DNA of 44,123 nt from Octopus bimaculoides (lineage: Eukaryota), in assembly GCF_001194135.2 (NCBI RefSeq), contig NC_068982.1, forward strand, positions 3,044,365 to 3,088,487, given 5' to 3'. Shown piece after piece: positions 10,636 through 24,093 of this stretch. The position numbers were made by a program, and so were the translations under genes. The notes under the pieces were generated by a model. The model had not been told where the DNA came from and searched no databases. It worked only from the letters and a program-made list of their open reading frames with translations. Positions within the stretch are counted from its first letter, which is position 1; every line of letters begins with the position of its first letter.

Positions 10636-12391
10636 TAAATATGTAGCTTCTATTTAAACATTGTTATTGAAGATAATTATCAAACCAATGATCAGTGTTT
10701 TCTTTTTGTCATCGCATGGTTACTTGTGAAAGGAAGTGGAATGAATAAGCCCCGTTATTTCATAAGATATAAAGACATTGGGGAAAGATAACATTGCGTT
10801 CCCTAAAAGTTTACTACAGAAGGTTTTGGTAGCATACTGCACTCTCACAAATTTAGGGACCCTTTTGGTTATGACTCGTTACCGTTCTTTTTTTCTTTCT
10901 TTTTTTTTTGCACCTACTAAGTTCATTTTTAGTTATTTCTTTCTCGTGAACGTTTAGCACTCGTCCGTGCTTGCATCCTCCCTCCACTCCCCAGAAAACA
11001 TTTAAGAAAATACAAGATATAGTTTAGCATCAAGATCATCGCGAGCGTTGCGTCAGAACGCAAGGGTCTGGAGTAAAATAAAGTAGAAGAATCCATTTAA
11101 TTCACATAGATATAATTACCAAAAGTAAAACGACAATTGTAGATGCCACATTTTCTCCTTGAATTAAACGTTATATACAAGATTTTCAGGACATTTACTC
11201 ATACCGAGTTTGTTTTAAATATTTCAGTCGAAAGTATAAACAAACTAGTACGCTCAACAAGTTTTTATATGTATTTGATTCTACACATTATTTTCATATA
11301 TTAAATGACAAAATAACTGCTTCTTATTACAAACAATGATTCTAAAATAAAATAGTCTCCTCCGGTAAAATTGTTACTTTCCCACTCATAGTTCTTATAG
11401 ATTCCACTATTAATACAAATACGGTATTTAAATACTATAAATGTTAATATCTTTTTAGTGGGTGAGCTATAGTTATTTGATTTAACTTCGCCATATTATT
11501 AGATTTCGGAATTGCGATGTTGTGCTAATTATTTACACTGTCTCTTCTTAAATTCACTCGAATCTCGCTGACTTCGTTTAGTGTCAAGTCACAAGTGAAT
11601 AGCTAACTTTCAGTGCTATTCTCACATCTTCGCAGAATATTTCTTCCAATATATAATTTAATTAGCGAAGAGAATATTTCACACAATATAATGTATAGGA
11701 ATGAAAGTAACAGGATATTATTTAATTAACGTCACATATATAAAGTAACATTTGAACTTTCTGGGATCAATTCATCTTAGAGGTGTACCTTCGCGTATTT
11801 CAGTATGAACTCATCGCTTTTACTCAATTTGTTTAGTACTAACTGAAGAGTAGAAGAGTTCTGTTTTAATATTGCGATTAACTTCTCATATCGACAACGT
11901 AGTCATTACTTTGATAGTGTTAATTGTAAGTCATTTTGCATTGAAAGCCTTCGAATATTTTCTTAATAAAATTCAAGCATACAGCAAAGCAATATGGTTA
12001 AATTTTTTTTTTGTTTCGCATTTGTTTTGAGAAAAAAAATTCTGAAAATGATTATTAATTTAGATTTTTCTTTTAAATAAGTATCGATTGGTTATTGCAA
12101 ATGCAGCACACGAGATTCATATCTAGGTAGATAATTCCCTCGTACCAGCAGAATGATATTGAGCCGTAAGCTGCTCTTGTGAGATCCGAACTACATTAAA
12201 AAAAGAAACATGGAATAAAACATTTCAGATAGTTAGTTATCTGTCATTGATAATCTAATTATTCTTTCATGTCATGAAGTTTTATTTAGAGGAAGCAAGC
12301 TAAGTTCTATGTTAATGGAATCTACTAGACCCAACACCTAATTTTGATGCCTTCTGTCAATGATAAATACCAACTTTAATTCATTACAGAA

Positions 12392-12603
12392 GACAGCCCG
12401 CTAGTCGTTAGCAGGTAGGGGAAAATGCTTAGAGTAATTTTGTCCGTCTTTACATTCTGAGTTCAAATTCCGCAAAGGACCAGGTTGCCTTTCATCCTTT
12501 TGCGTTTGAGAAAATAAGTACCAGTCAAATGCTGCAGCTGGAGTAATCGACTTAACCCTTCCTCGGAATTGCTGGTCCTGTGCCAAAATCTGAAAGTAAT
12601 ATT
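12392..12603 (+). mobile_element. SINE family B, diverged copy
   Basis: GTCGTTAGCAGG...AAATGCTTAG...CTGAGTTCAAATTCCGC...TGCCTTTCATCCTTT...TAATCGACTTAACCC...GTGCCAAAATCTGAAA. Confidence 0.85.
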
Positions 12604-13101
12604 AATTCATTACATATAGGATCGAAGATTTATAAGTGGGAGGAAATAAACTAGCATATTTTTAATAATGTTAATTCTATTACATTAGTAAAATACATAT
12701 ACTGTCATATTAAACGTGCATTTATCTGTGAAATGCATTCGATTGTTTGTTGTTATATGTCATCCATTATTATTGTACATTGTTTTGAAAATGTTTCCAA
12801 TGTAAGGTTGTTTGAAAATTGGAAAAATAAAACGGAAATGCAAGGGTGAATTTTAGGCCAATCAGAAATCAATAAAGAGAAAATTATTATTGGCGACTTT
12901 GTCAGCCCATAATGCATACATAATACATTAATTGTTCAACTTATTTATGTTACCCGATATATATATATATATATATATANNNNNNNNNNNNNNNNNNNNN
13001 NNNNNNNNNNNNNNNNNNNNNNAGTGTGAGTTTAAAAGGATATGTTATTCTATAATTTATAATTATTGTTTATATATGTAGATATATATGTATATATATA
13101 T

Positions 13102-13228
<127 letters not shown>

Positions 13229-13854
13229 CATGAGAGAAATAGTTTGAATGGAACCAAGAAAGTAATAGGAAATTTATCATGATTGCAGAAAAATAATATG
13301 GGGAAATCTAGTGAATGAAGAGGTGGAGGGGATTGTTAGAAATTATATTTATGTGGATCAGATATTGAGGAAGCTTCATATGCACCAAACACTTCCTTCA
13401 TTCAGTTTATTAAAATAATGTCGTAAATATTTAGAGATATATTGTTATGTGCAGTTTTGCATACATTGCAAATGTCGACATATAAATAAATCATATTCAT
13501 CTTGAAACGTAAAAGGGATTATGCAGCTATTAATTTCATTCATTTATCATGTACCGTTTCCTCTATATTTCCCTGATAAAATAATATCCATTACTGGCAA
13601 ACAGAAATTACCTTTACATTCAGTAGGAATATACTTCCCTGTAAAATTACGGATGAAAATGTCTTTTATTGGAACAACGATACACGTTTTAAGGAATCGC
13701 TACAGATGATTTTAATCACATCTTGTATTTTATTATCAACCAGGGAAACTTAACACACAAAGTCGGTCGAGCGTTAAACAAAGAATAGAAAGAAACTAAT
13801 AATAACAACGCATTTCGTTTAGGAATCTACCATTTCTAACATCCACCGTTGTTC

Positions 13855-13986
13855 TACTCTTATATGTGTTAGGAGGGTCATATTGCAATACATGACTCAG
13901 GTGATTCCACATTCGCTTACTCTTATATGTGTTAGGAGGGTCAGGTTCTAATACAAGACTCAAGTGATTCCATATTCGCTTACTCT
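13855..13986. repeat. 63-bp tandem duplication (two units plus 6 bp)
   Basis: TACTCT starts at 13855, 13918 and 13981; TACTCTTATATGTGTTAGGAGGGTCA is identical in both units. Confidence 0.92.
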
Positions 13987-16330
13987 ACCGAACTTTTCAA
14001 GATTAGCTTTCTCTCATTTCAGTGTGAAACTGTTTACTTTACTCATAATGTCATCCAATTTCCTCTCCACTTGGAGACGCGGTTCGGACCAGACTCGGAG
14101 TGAGTTAACTGGACAGTCAGATCCACACTCTATGATGCTGTCATGCGGCATGTCTTTGAATTTCTTAGTGTTGGGCTGTAAACCTACCGACAGTCCCGAA
14201 TTAATATTTGCTCTTGTTTAAGACTCGTATTTTTCGAAAGGTTGCGAATACTTCCATTTCCGAGGTTTCGTCATTTGTATCAGCTGACATGTTTCTGCGA
14301 TGTCCCATTTCTAAAAGAATGTCCTTTAAGAACTATTCTACTATTCACTGTAGTTGCTTGTGTATCCGCACATAAGGATGACAGAAGATACTTTTAATTG
14401 ATCAAGCGTGTGATCCAAGCGGTTCTCATACGTAGCAATTATTTTCACCACTACGCTAATACCACGTGCTTAGTAGCCAGTTTCAAAAGACAGTTTCAAA
14501 AGACAGGCAGTGAAAATGGCTGCTTTAAGGAGAGCTTTTAAGTAACGATCACCGATTTTATCAAAACTTTTCGATTGATCCATATTTCCAAGAGTCCCAC
14601 CTCATCTATATTTCCTACCAATGCCTGAGCTGAAGGTAGTTATGGATACGTTTAGTTAGAATCGTGTAGATTTGCTCTACACATCCGAGCAACCGCCAAC
14701 ATTTTCAATAAAATTTCTTGCGAAAGTCATAAACTTAGTTTTTGTTAGAGCTTCTGGCGCAAGACGTTATCAAGGGCATTTTTGTTTGTCGGGTCTTTCT
14801 TCTGTAGCTGGATAAGAGAACTGGAATGATTTGGTTATGGTGGAATCTTCATTAGACATGACCTAGTACATTTCGGAAAAGGCTTGTCATATAGACGAAA
14901 ATTTCGTAGAGTAGAAAGTCAAAATCAAGCGATTTTTACCACATTTTTCATCTCGACTATTGTTGTCTGCTTTTCACGAAACTTCGCAACTATGGCTGAT
15001 AGTTGTTGCAGGCTATCTCGGTAGGTATGGGGAGGTTCTACTCTTTTTGATCCACCACCGAACAATTGAACTAATCACTGTTGGTAATCTGCATGTATTC
15101 TCTTGGAACTATGTATTACACACTCGTTCTGGTACGTTAAATATCGAATTATGGCGTTGCTGCTACGTTGCACCTCTTACCCCATCATGCATCAAGCGTC
15201 TGCCAAAATATCCAGGGACAAGAATCCTTCTATATCGTGGCACACATGATTTAGCACGTAGAAGTTGTCAAGGGTCATTCTCAGAGCTGTCTTCAAAGTG
15301 CCTATAACCGGTTGTAGACGAATCCCAAGCCAACCGCCCCTGCGCTGTGTGGGTCTCCTTAGGGCAAAAACTTCTATCTTCTAATAACCAGGTCCCTTGT
15401 AGTAGAAGTAGTAACCGTTTTAAAGTTTGTATATCATATCTCTTTTCGCTAACTTTATGAATTTCCTATGTGGATATGATATGAATGACCCGATAAGATT
15501 AATACTGTCCACAGTGGCATGTTCAGGATATCTATTCAGTACCGATCAAATTGTTGGAAATGCTCGAGCATGTTTGTGGTGCTTTGAGTTACCCCCCCCC
15601 CCACTAATCTTTTATTAGTTAATCCTACATTACTTGCTGTTTCATTCCCTCAGGGATACTAAGATGTACAACGTTTTGCGAAAGGCTTCTAGCCATCTAA
15701 AAAAAGAGGAAGAAGAAACAGGAAACGTCATACTTCCCTCATTGCTGCAGTGACGGCCACTTGTCTGAAAGCATTGCCTTCAGTACCAGCACCAGCTCCA
15801 CTTATTGTCAGTATTCGAGGTCACTGTACATGCTTCGATTTCTAGATCATTCTGGAAGATCATTGAGACTCCACTACAACCTCAATATTGGCCGGCTAAG
15901 CAGTCGTATATCTCATTGCCGTTAAAAAGTATGCACCATTCCGCGTTCGTTGGAAATCCTGGGGTTACTGATGGCTACGGCATTTATATCTCGTGTGCGA
16001 AGTCGTTCAGCAGGTTCACTTTCTATGTTGACTCCAGGCGGCGGACGAAGGCATGCATTTTTTAGTTCTTCTCATTTATGCTACGATGTTGATTGTAAGA
16101 GAGAGAAAGTGAGGTTTCTTTCGAGCACGGGGACGTCGATCTCCGTAGCAGATGCGCAAACTTTGGGGAAATTCTGTTGAAGATTCTGGTAGGTGTTGCA
16201 TTGTCGAATTGTAAGTCATAAAAGAACTTCTCTGTCATAATTGTGTATGCCTTTGATGAGTGCCTTTGATATGCATTTGTCATGTGAGAGTTTGCCCATC
16301 ACGTTGTCAAAGGCCTTCATCCAACACCTG
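13975..16330 (-). mobile_element. Decayed Tx1/L1-clade LINE ORF2 (APE endonuclease plus RT)
   Basis: Minus-strand pieces in the expected order: LLND..LRTRDINAVAISNPRI and AFRQVAV (APE), QKKDPTNKNALDN, MDQSKSFDKIGDRYLKALLKAA (RT, cf. LDQEKAFDRV), KINSGLSVGL...VNSLRVWSEPRLQVERK (post-YxDD region). Many stops and frameshifts. Confidence 0.78.
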
Positions 16331-17181
16331 TAATATTTTTTTTCTTCTCATTCATTAATAACAAGGTCCGAAGAAATAAAGTATTGTCTAGTTACAGAGC
16401 TTTACTATAATAACTTCATTTATGCCAAAGCTTCACATTTAATATTGAAAACGAAGACGAATAAAGAAATACCTCAATCGAGAGCACCTTCACCTGATCA
16501 ATCTCATGTGTGTGTGTGTGTGTGCTGTTATTATTGCTAATAAAAACACTATATTTTGATTTCATTATATCAAATATTTTCCTTCAGTGCGTCTCTTTTA
16601 ATAAAGGGAAGTTTGTTTATTCTTTGCAAGAGTTTGCTGTTTTAGTATTTTCCTTTCTACTACATGAACGGGCGCTATTTACAAATATCCGAAGCAAAAC
16701 CCATAATATTGAACAATCCACACACCGCGTTGTTTATTTTGATGAAGACAAACTCAAAGCTTGCTTAAGAGTCTACTTTGTATAATCCAAATGAAAGAAA
16801 AACATTTTCACCCGCTTTCATAATAGTAAAATCACCAAACTAACTTTGTTTTTTTGGTTTATCAAGGGCCACCAAGAAAAGTATTTTCACAGGTCGTCAA
16901 CGAACAAGAGCAAGGACGAAAACAACAACAAACATAATATTCATAATAAAAAAAAGACACTATTACTAGTAATAATAACGATGATAATGATGAGTAGAAG
17001 GATGACGACAGATATGACAATAACTTATGCCCCACATCCCAAAAATTGGAAGAAGGTTAATCCCCCCAAATATTAACCTTGTGTCTAAATAATAATAATA
17101 AGGATGATAATGATGGCGATGATGATGATGATGATGGTCGATCCCCTCGATTTCGACGTATGAGTGTTTGAAGGAGAGGAT

Positions 17182-17186
<5 letters not shown>

Positions 17187-17270
<84 letters not shown>
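17187..17270. repeat. (GA)n microsatellite
   Basis: Direct reading. Confidence 0.98.
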
Positions 17271-17274
<4 letters not shown>

Positions 17275-17659
17275 GCTTTAAAGAAAATGAATACAAGAAT
17301 GAAAGAAGCTGCATCTCCTTGCGATGGATACGTGAATGTAATTTGAGTCCAGGAATGGATTTTCCTATAAAGACGCAATAGGGACATTTGTAATTGGGAA
17401 AATGTGTCGGTTGATTGCAGGATATAGTTCTTTTATTGTTTTTTTTTCTTCAATTGTTTTGTATTAACAATAGGGACAGCAAGGATTATCAGGATTATCA
17501 GGTGGGTAGTAAGCACTTGTGAGATTACTCAAAACTGGAGGATACCTAAGGTTACAGGTAGTAACCCACTTAAATCTTACCAGGAATATGATCGAAACTA
17601 AGTCAAACCAAAATAATGATAAAATATCAGAGGCGTAGATTTAGGATCAATAAAAAATG

Positions 17660-18920
17660 TCTAAATGTAGTTCTTGAAGAGTTGAATCAAAGACTACAGG
17701 CTAAAACTACAAAAAATCAAGAGCTATGACCACAGAATTTAACAATATAAAATCTATAGATTGTTCCAAAAGGATCAGAAAAGGATTTGTCAGCTTCTGA
17801 AAGGAAAGGTTAACAGCATTGTGAAACAGAAATGAAGAAAGTAGAAGGTTTTGGAGTAACATCTGGGGTAACGAAAAGTATCAGAAGAAAGATGGCGAAT
17901 AACTGAAGGAATTAAGTTCGGAGAAAAATAAAGTGAAACAGGACAATATAAAAATAACAATTGAAATGGTGACCGACTGGGCAGACGAAAAAGACTGCCA
18001 ACAGGAATTTCCTGGGCCCAGGATGGGGTAAAAATGTATCAACTGAAACGTTTACTTGCATAACACGTAAGAATAAAGGCGCGAAGGGATCTTAGAAAGT
18101 CTTGAGTTGGTACAGGTGTCTGATAACATTTAAAAAATTTTTATCACATCTGTGGAGAACTGAAGTACAGAGTTAACATTATGAGGAAAATGTTTGACGA
18201 AGGTTAACATCAAGAGAGACATATTTCATGGAGGCAGTCTGTTGCCATTGCTATTTGTGATTTGTACGATACCCTTCACGTGGATAGTAAAGAAAATAAC
18301 GCCGGGATACATCTTGAAAAAAGGAGAAACATTAATTCACCTATTATATATGGATGACTTGAAGATCATCGCTCAGCCTGAACATGAAATAAATGATCTG
18401 GTTCAAAAGTGCAGATATTCAGTAAGGATATACTGGGATGGAATTTGGGATTAAAATGTGTGCTATGCTCATCATATAAACAGGCAAAGAAGTGCCGTGT
18501 GACAGTGTAGGACCACCGAACGGCGAGAGAATGAAGGATGTTAAGATCGATGGCCATAAGTCTCTGGGGATTTTGGAGAGTGAGATGAATGAAAGTTTTA
18601 GGTGAGAATACGTCAGAAGAACCAAATCAATTATGGCGAACAGACTCAATGGAAAGAAGAAAATCAGGGCAATGAGTGAATGGTCTGCTTCCTTAATGCG
18701 ATACGGCGCAGGTGTTGTGATGTGGGTAAAGAACAAGCTTGAGGAAATGGATAGGAAAACCAGTAAAGCAATGACAAGGAACAAGGAACCACATCCAAAA
18801 AGCGACCTCAGTAGACTGTTAGACTGTATGGGCCGAGATAAAATGGAGAAAGAGGTTTTATAGGACGCACGTTCTGCGTTATCAATGAGGAAAACAAACT
18901 AGGATGGTACCTCAAACAGC
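17660..18920 (+). mobile_element. Decayed R4/Dong-clade LINE RT region
   Basis: IKRDIFHGGSLLPLLFVIC...HLLYMDDLK (RT domains 4-5), RLNGKKKIRAMSEWSASLMRYGAGVVMW...MDRKTSK...HPKSDLSRL and EENKLGWYLK; upstream LQAKT...RLFQKDQKR...RRFWSNIWG. Confidence 0.88.
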
Positions 18921-19842
18921 AGGTTTTTGTCGCTCCGGCGCACATCTTGGACAAATCCAGCTGATGTCACTGCTATGCCTGTGGAGTTTATCTCGAACTG
19001 GCAATGCCCCTCCCCCCAGTAGCACTGCCAGGCCAAGGATTTCTGGAAAATATCCTTAGGTTCTGGCCCAAAAGTCCTCCAGAACAGACCAGCCAAATGA
19101 TTCTTGTCGACGCCCTGCTGTGTATTAAATGAACTCTAAGGCTAGACAGAAAGAAAAACATTGAAATAATGATTGCTTTCAATCTACACACCAAACAATA
19201 GAAAGATTATATTCAACACAGGAACAAGAGTGCAATTGCAAGCGATAAGAATGACTGAAAATCTGGCATCGGAGCAGAGGGGCACAGAAAAAGGTCGTAA
19301 CTGTACAGAAGAAAAAATATCAAAAATATAGCTTAAGAACAAGTCGGAGCAGAAAAGGTGACTTCCATGACTAATGCAGGTAAAGGATGGGGTAAACACA
19401 CCTTAACCCTTAACCTCAGAGCGGAGACGTTACACGAAAAGCGTGAATGCCGTCTCAGGCATCCACAGGCAATTCTGTCATTTAAACCAGTCGACTGCAT
19501 TCCTTTGCTAAACGAAATCCTTGGGAACACTCCAAATGATGAAGTCTAAATCTACGAGTCTACCCACGAAGAAATTGATAGAATACAGTATGTGTGCAAA
19601 ACTGATTCTAATGTTAACAGTTGTAGGAAATAAATGCCAATGTTATAATACATTTTTATTTCCCTTCCCTATTTTTTATACTATGGTTTTTTTTTCATAG
19701 CAGGAAATATAGGATTTATCGCTTAAAATTGCGACTATTAATTTTATCATCATCGTTATCGTCATTACTACTATTGTTATCATCATCATTATTATTATCA
19801 TTTGAATTATTATTTTTTTTATTTTATTATTATTATTATTAT

Positions 19843-20007
19843 TATGTTAGCGGTATTTCGTCTGTCGTTGCATCCTGCGTTCAAATTCCGCTCAGGTCGA
19901 CTTTCATCCGTTTGGGGTCGATACATTAAGTACCAGATACGTACTGGGATCGATATAATCGACTTAATCCCCTCCGCCAAGCTGCCCTTGTGGCAACAAT
20001 TTGAAAT
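19843..20007 (+). mobile_element. SINE family B, 5'-truncated copy in an (ATT)n run
   Basis: TAGCGGTATTTCGTCTG...GTTCAAATTCCGC..AGGTCGACTTTCATCC...TAAGTACCAG...TAATCGACTTAATCCC...TTTGAAATCATT. Confidence 0.85.
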
Positions 20008-20021
20008 CATTACTATTATAA

Positions 20022-20233
20022 AGGTGGCGAGTTGGTATAATCGTTAGCGCGCCGGACGAAGTGCTTAGTGGTATTTCTTCTGTCTTTACGTTCTGAGTTC
20101 AAATTCCACCGTGGTCGACTTTGCCTTTTATCCTTTCGAGGTCAATAAGATAAGTACCAGTTGAACATTGGGGTCGATGCAACTGACTCATCCCCTCCCC
20201 CAAAATTGCTGTCCTCGTGGGATAATTTGAAAC

Positions 20234-20238
<5 letters not shown>
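20022..20238 (+). mobile_element. SINE family B, full-length copy in tandem with the previous one
   Basis: AGGTGGCGAGTTGGTATAATCGTTAGCGCGCCGG...CTGAGTTCAAATTCC...TTTGAAACCATTATT tail. Confidence 0.9.
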
Positions 20239-20266
<28 letters not shown>

Positions 20267-20451
20267 CATTATTGTTGTTTTTGTTGTTGTTGATATTGCT
20301 GTAGATATTGTTATTATTGTTATTATTATTATTATCATTATTATTATTATTATTGGTGTTGTTGTTATTGCTGTAATTATTATTATTATCATTATTATTA
20401 TTATTATTATTATTATTAATATTATTATTATTTTTATCATTATTATTGTTA

Positions 20452-20489
<38 letters not shown>

Positions 20490-20640
20490 GTTATTATTAT
20501 TATTATCATTATTATTATTATTATTGTTGTTGTTGTTGTTATTGCTGTAATTATTATTATTATTATTATTATTATTATTGATGTTATTGTTTTCGTTACT
20601 TTTAATATTGTTTTCGTTGTTGTTATGGTTGTTTTCTTGC
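20236..20640. repeat. Long degenerate (ATT/ATC/GTT)n array continuing from the SINE tail
   Basis: Direct reading; the source of the spurious poly-Ile ORF 20099-20695. Confidence 0.95.
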
Positions 20641-21861
20641 TACTTTTATCATCCTCATTATCCACCTCCTCACCATCACATTTATACTGCTGCACTGATC
20701 AATATATTGGACCCGATATCTTACAACATACAACTCCACAATAGCAATTCTCGTTAATCAGCGCCTTCTTCAATATTGAATTACATAGAAAAATTCACTA
20801 TGAATGCCGCAGAGACATTTTTGCTTAAGAGAAGAACTTTAAACTAGATAATACTCATTTATACACTACGAGGACAGTTTAACGCCACCACTTACTGTTG
20901 TAAATAAATACGCCGATGCATCCTCAGTTTTAGTTAAGAAAAGTATCAAATAAACTCTCTTCATTTAAAACCCAGAGATTTTATAATATGACATGCGAAA
21001 ATCAAGATATGAATAAAGTTATCTTCAAACATTATGATGTGGTACCTGAACATCACAGTTATCTTAATGCATTGACATGCTTAAGCGACCTCAAATTCCT
21101 GAAGGAAATATATGAATTTATCGCAGCGCTTTCAGAGCGCTGGAGGGTTTATGAGAACTTGTGATATTTACAGAATTTCATTGATTTCGCCAAGCATGAA
21201 GAGTTTGTAAATCATATTATTGTAATAGCGAGGCATTAAATATAATCCATTACGTTCTTACACAGAGAAAACTGTGTTATTCATTTTGATAACATACTTG
21301 CCATGCGGATTCTAATATTAATTCGAACAAACAAGTATACTTTCTATGCAACGTAATCAAAGTTTCGCTATTGTTGCTGTGTATTGTTACCTTTACAACA
21401 CAGCGATGTACTAATGTTATGACATTCATGAAGGTGAACATATAACAGAAATTATTTTCAAGCTTTATAAATGCTAATTCTTAGTAGTATTTCTATAGAA
21501 GCTGGGCTGACAAAGAAATAGGAATGCATATAGGGTGGGGAATATAAAGACAACGCGAAGCAAGTATGAGAAATCCCCGCTTGTTATACTCTGGTAAGTT
21601 TTTCGAAAATTGTTTTCATCCTGTCCACTTAAGTTGCATGATGTTTGTGTATATGTAAATGACCAAATGCTGGCAAAGTCGACCATACTCTTTCAAGCAC
21701 GGAATGAGTTACTATACCCGATTCAAAAGATATGTGCGACAGAAGATGCATTCCTGTAGTTTCGAGAGATTTTTCAGGGACGACATTTATTAATTTCAAA
21801 GAAGTAGAAGGAAAGAAATATAACCTCCTTCAATTAGGATCTTCTGACTTCAATGCACTTG

Positions 21862-22242
21862 TTATAGGGCTCCTTCCACTTCATGAAACCTTTTCGGAAG
21901 GGATGTGTCCAGGACCCTAGTGACAGCTTCTTTTATCTTCTCACAAACGCTGGGAAGCAATCTTATGTCACAGGAAGTGATGGATGGAGGGTAAGGGTAA
22001 GTTTTAATCTCACCTCTGTCAAGTAATTTGTTACCAGGAATTGTGGACTGTTGCATTGTTCTGGTGCAGCTGATAGAGACTTCAGCGACGAAAACTGCTT
22101 CCGAACTCCCCCAAAACCTCCACCGTGTGTTCTTGAGCATCTGACCAGGGGAATCCAACGGATGTAAATGATGCGCTGGCTGCCGGAAAAGGGGATCATC
22201 ATAAGCTTCCGAGTGGAATAAATAGATCATCGTTTCATACAA
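21862..22242 (-). mobile_element. Possible decayed LINE ORF1 remnant
   Basis: GC-richer island with two overlapping minus-strand ORFs suggesting a frameshifted coding remnant; family not established. Confidence 0.25.
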
Positions 22243-22759
22243 GTTAATTCATAAGCAATCTGGAGCAATTCATAATTTCCTGCATGGTTTTGTGCAGTTT
22301 AACACGAAATTTTATTACATAGCAAACTTCCAAATTGTCTTCGCGTCCCGACCATATTCTACAAACTAGTCTGTTGTGACATGGAGTGTTTACTAGGGTA
22401 TATTCGAAGTGCTCATACAAACGTCTCTTTCAATATGAAATAACAAAAGATGGCAATTCAGCGTAATAGTTGTATAGTAATGGTATTTTCAAATTACAAT
22501 TATCCAGGACAGTTATAACAGCCTCACCTAAAAAAAAAGTCTCAAAATTTCTGGAATGCACCACCTATTTTCATTAAGTTTCTAACATAGCACATGTCCA
22601 CTTAGAAAAAAAAAATCAATCGTGGTTATAGGAGAAAATCGATTTCAATTCATCCCTACCCCGTGTTTGAACAAAACACATATCTACAAGTAATGAATAT
22701 TATATGACAAACGCTGAAGCTAAGTCTAAGGAGACATCACTTTGTGTTTCACCAACCAT

Positions 22760-22975
22760 CATCAACAAATGAATAATAACAAGAAGACTAACAATAGTAA
22801 CATCAATAAATACGACATCAGCAAAAAATAAAACTAATAACGACACTCACAACAACATGAAGAACAATAGTAACTGCGACAAAAACAAGAGCAACAAAAA
22901 CTACAAATTGAAAAACAACAATAACAAGAGTAATTACAACAGCAACAATTCGAACATTAACACTAACACAAAAAC
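22760..22975. repeat. Degenerate (AAC/AAT)n low-complexity tract
   Basis: Direct reading. Confidence 0.8.
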
Positions 22976-23683
22976 TGTCATTTCATTTGCCAACGTGATT
23001 CAGGTGTTGGTTGTAACTTGTAGTTGACAGTAATACGAAGTTGAACATGAGACACTGGTATTGATTAACCAAACTAAACCTAATCCCGTATTTTCCCAGA
23101 ATGAGAAAGAAAAACGGGATAATTATTGCTTGTAGATGTATAAGCGGAAGACAAGAAATGGAAATGATAACCCCGCACCAACAGAAAAGAGGAATCGTAC
23201 AAGAATGATATGTGGGAATTAGGATGGAATGTGAGAAGGGGAAATTAGTATGGGACAGTGGTCTGTCCCAAAGAAGGCGTAATGAAAATAGCTACACAGG
23301 CATTCTCTTGCAATGTATATCCATTCCTATTCTCGTATCTAGGGAAACGTGTATGCAAAGTAAGCCACATAAAATACAGCATTGCAATTATAATTCCCTT
23401 TTTTAGGGACACCGACCTGAAGATAGACCCGTTATTTGCTAAATAAAGTGTTTAAAAGCTTAGCCAATGAGCGTTTTACATCGAAGAAGCACCAAATAAA
23501 GAAGCACAAAAATGAATGGTCCCTCGAAGACAACTTCCTCGTGATGGGATATATAGTAGAGAGGGCGAGAAGCAAATTTGTCTCCGATATGGCTTTGAAT
23601 CGTCTGAGAATTTTTAATGAGGTCGAGCATTTATGATTCTTCTTCCTCTGTGGATCTTTGTTGTGTTTCCCTGTTTTTTTTTG

Positions 23684-24093
23684 TTTACTTGTTTCAGTCA
23701 CTAGACTGCGGCCTTGCTGGGGCATTGCCTTGAAGAATTTTAATCGAACGAAGTGACCCTAGTACTTGTTTTTATTTTCAGCCTGGTATTTATACTATCG
23801 GTCTGTTTTTGCCGAACCTTACAGAGACGTAAACACACCAACGCAGGTTTTTCAACTAATGGTGAGAGACAACCACAAACACAAAAGCACACACACACAG
23901 ATAGTTATATATATACACAACGGGTTTCTTTCCGTCTATCAAATTCAGTTTCCATCAATCAAATTCACACCCAAGGCTTTGATTGCCCAAGGCTATAATA
24001 GAAGACTCTTGCCCAAAGTGCTACGCAGTGCGACTGAACCCAGAAGCATATGGTTGGGAAGCAAGCTTGTTACCACACAGCGACGCCTGCGCC
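23684..24093 (-). mobile_element. tRNA-derived SINE family C, near full length, with internal (CA)/(TA) microsatellite
   Basis: Minus strand starts GGCGCAGGCGTCGCTGTGTGGTAA (A-box-like)...GGGTTCAGTCGC (B-box-like)...TTGGGCAAGAGTCTTCTA; its 3' end (TTTACTTGTTTCAGTCA..GACTG.GGCC) recurs at ~9511-9548. Confidence 0.8.

Noticed and set aside
11040-11070. Helitron 3' hairpin (TTGCGT-CAGA-ACGCAA) near CTGG
   Set aside because: The terminal CTRR match is weak, no TC 5' end was identified, and there is no second copy.
13855-13986. CRISPR-like array
   Set aside because: Only two units of a plain tandem duplication, no repeat-spacer alternation, eukaryotic context.
20099-20695. 198-aa Ile/Thr-rich ORF
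   Set aside because: Translation of an (ATT/GTT)n array running into a SINE.
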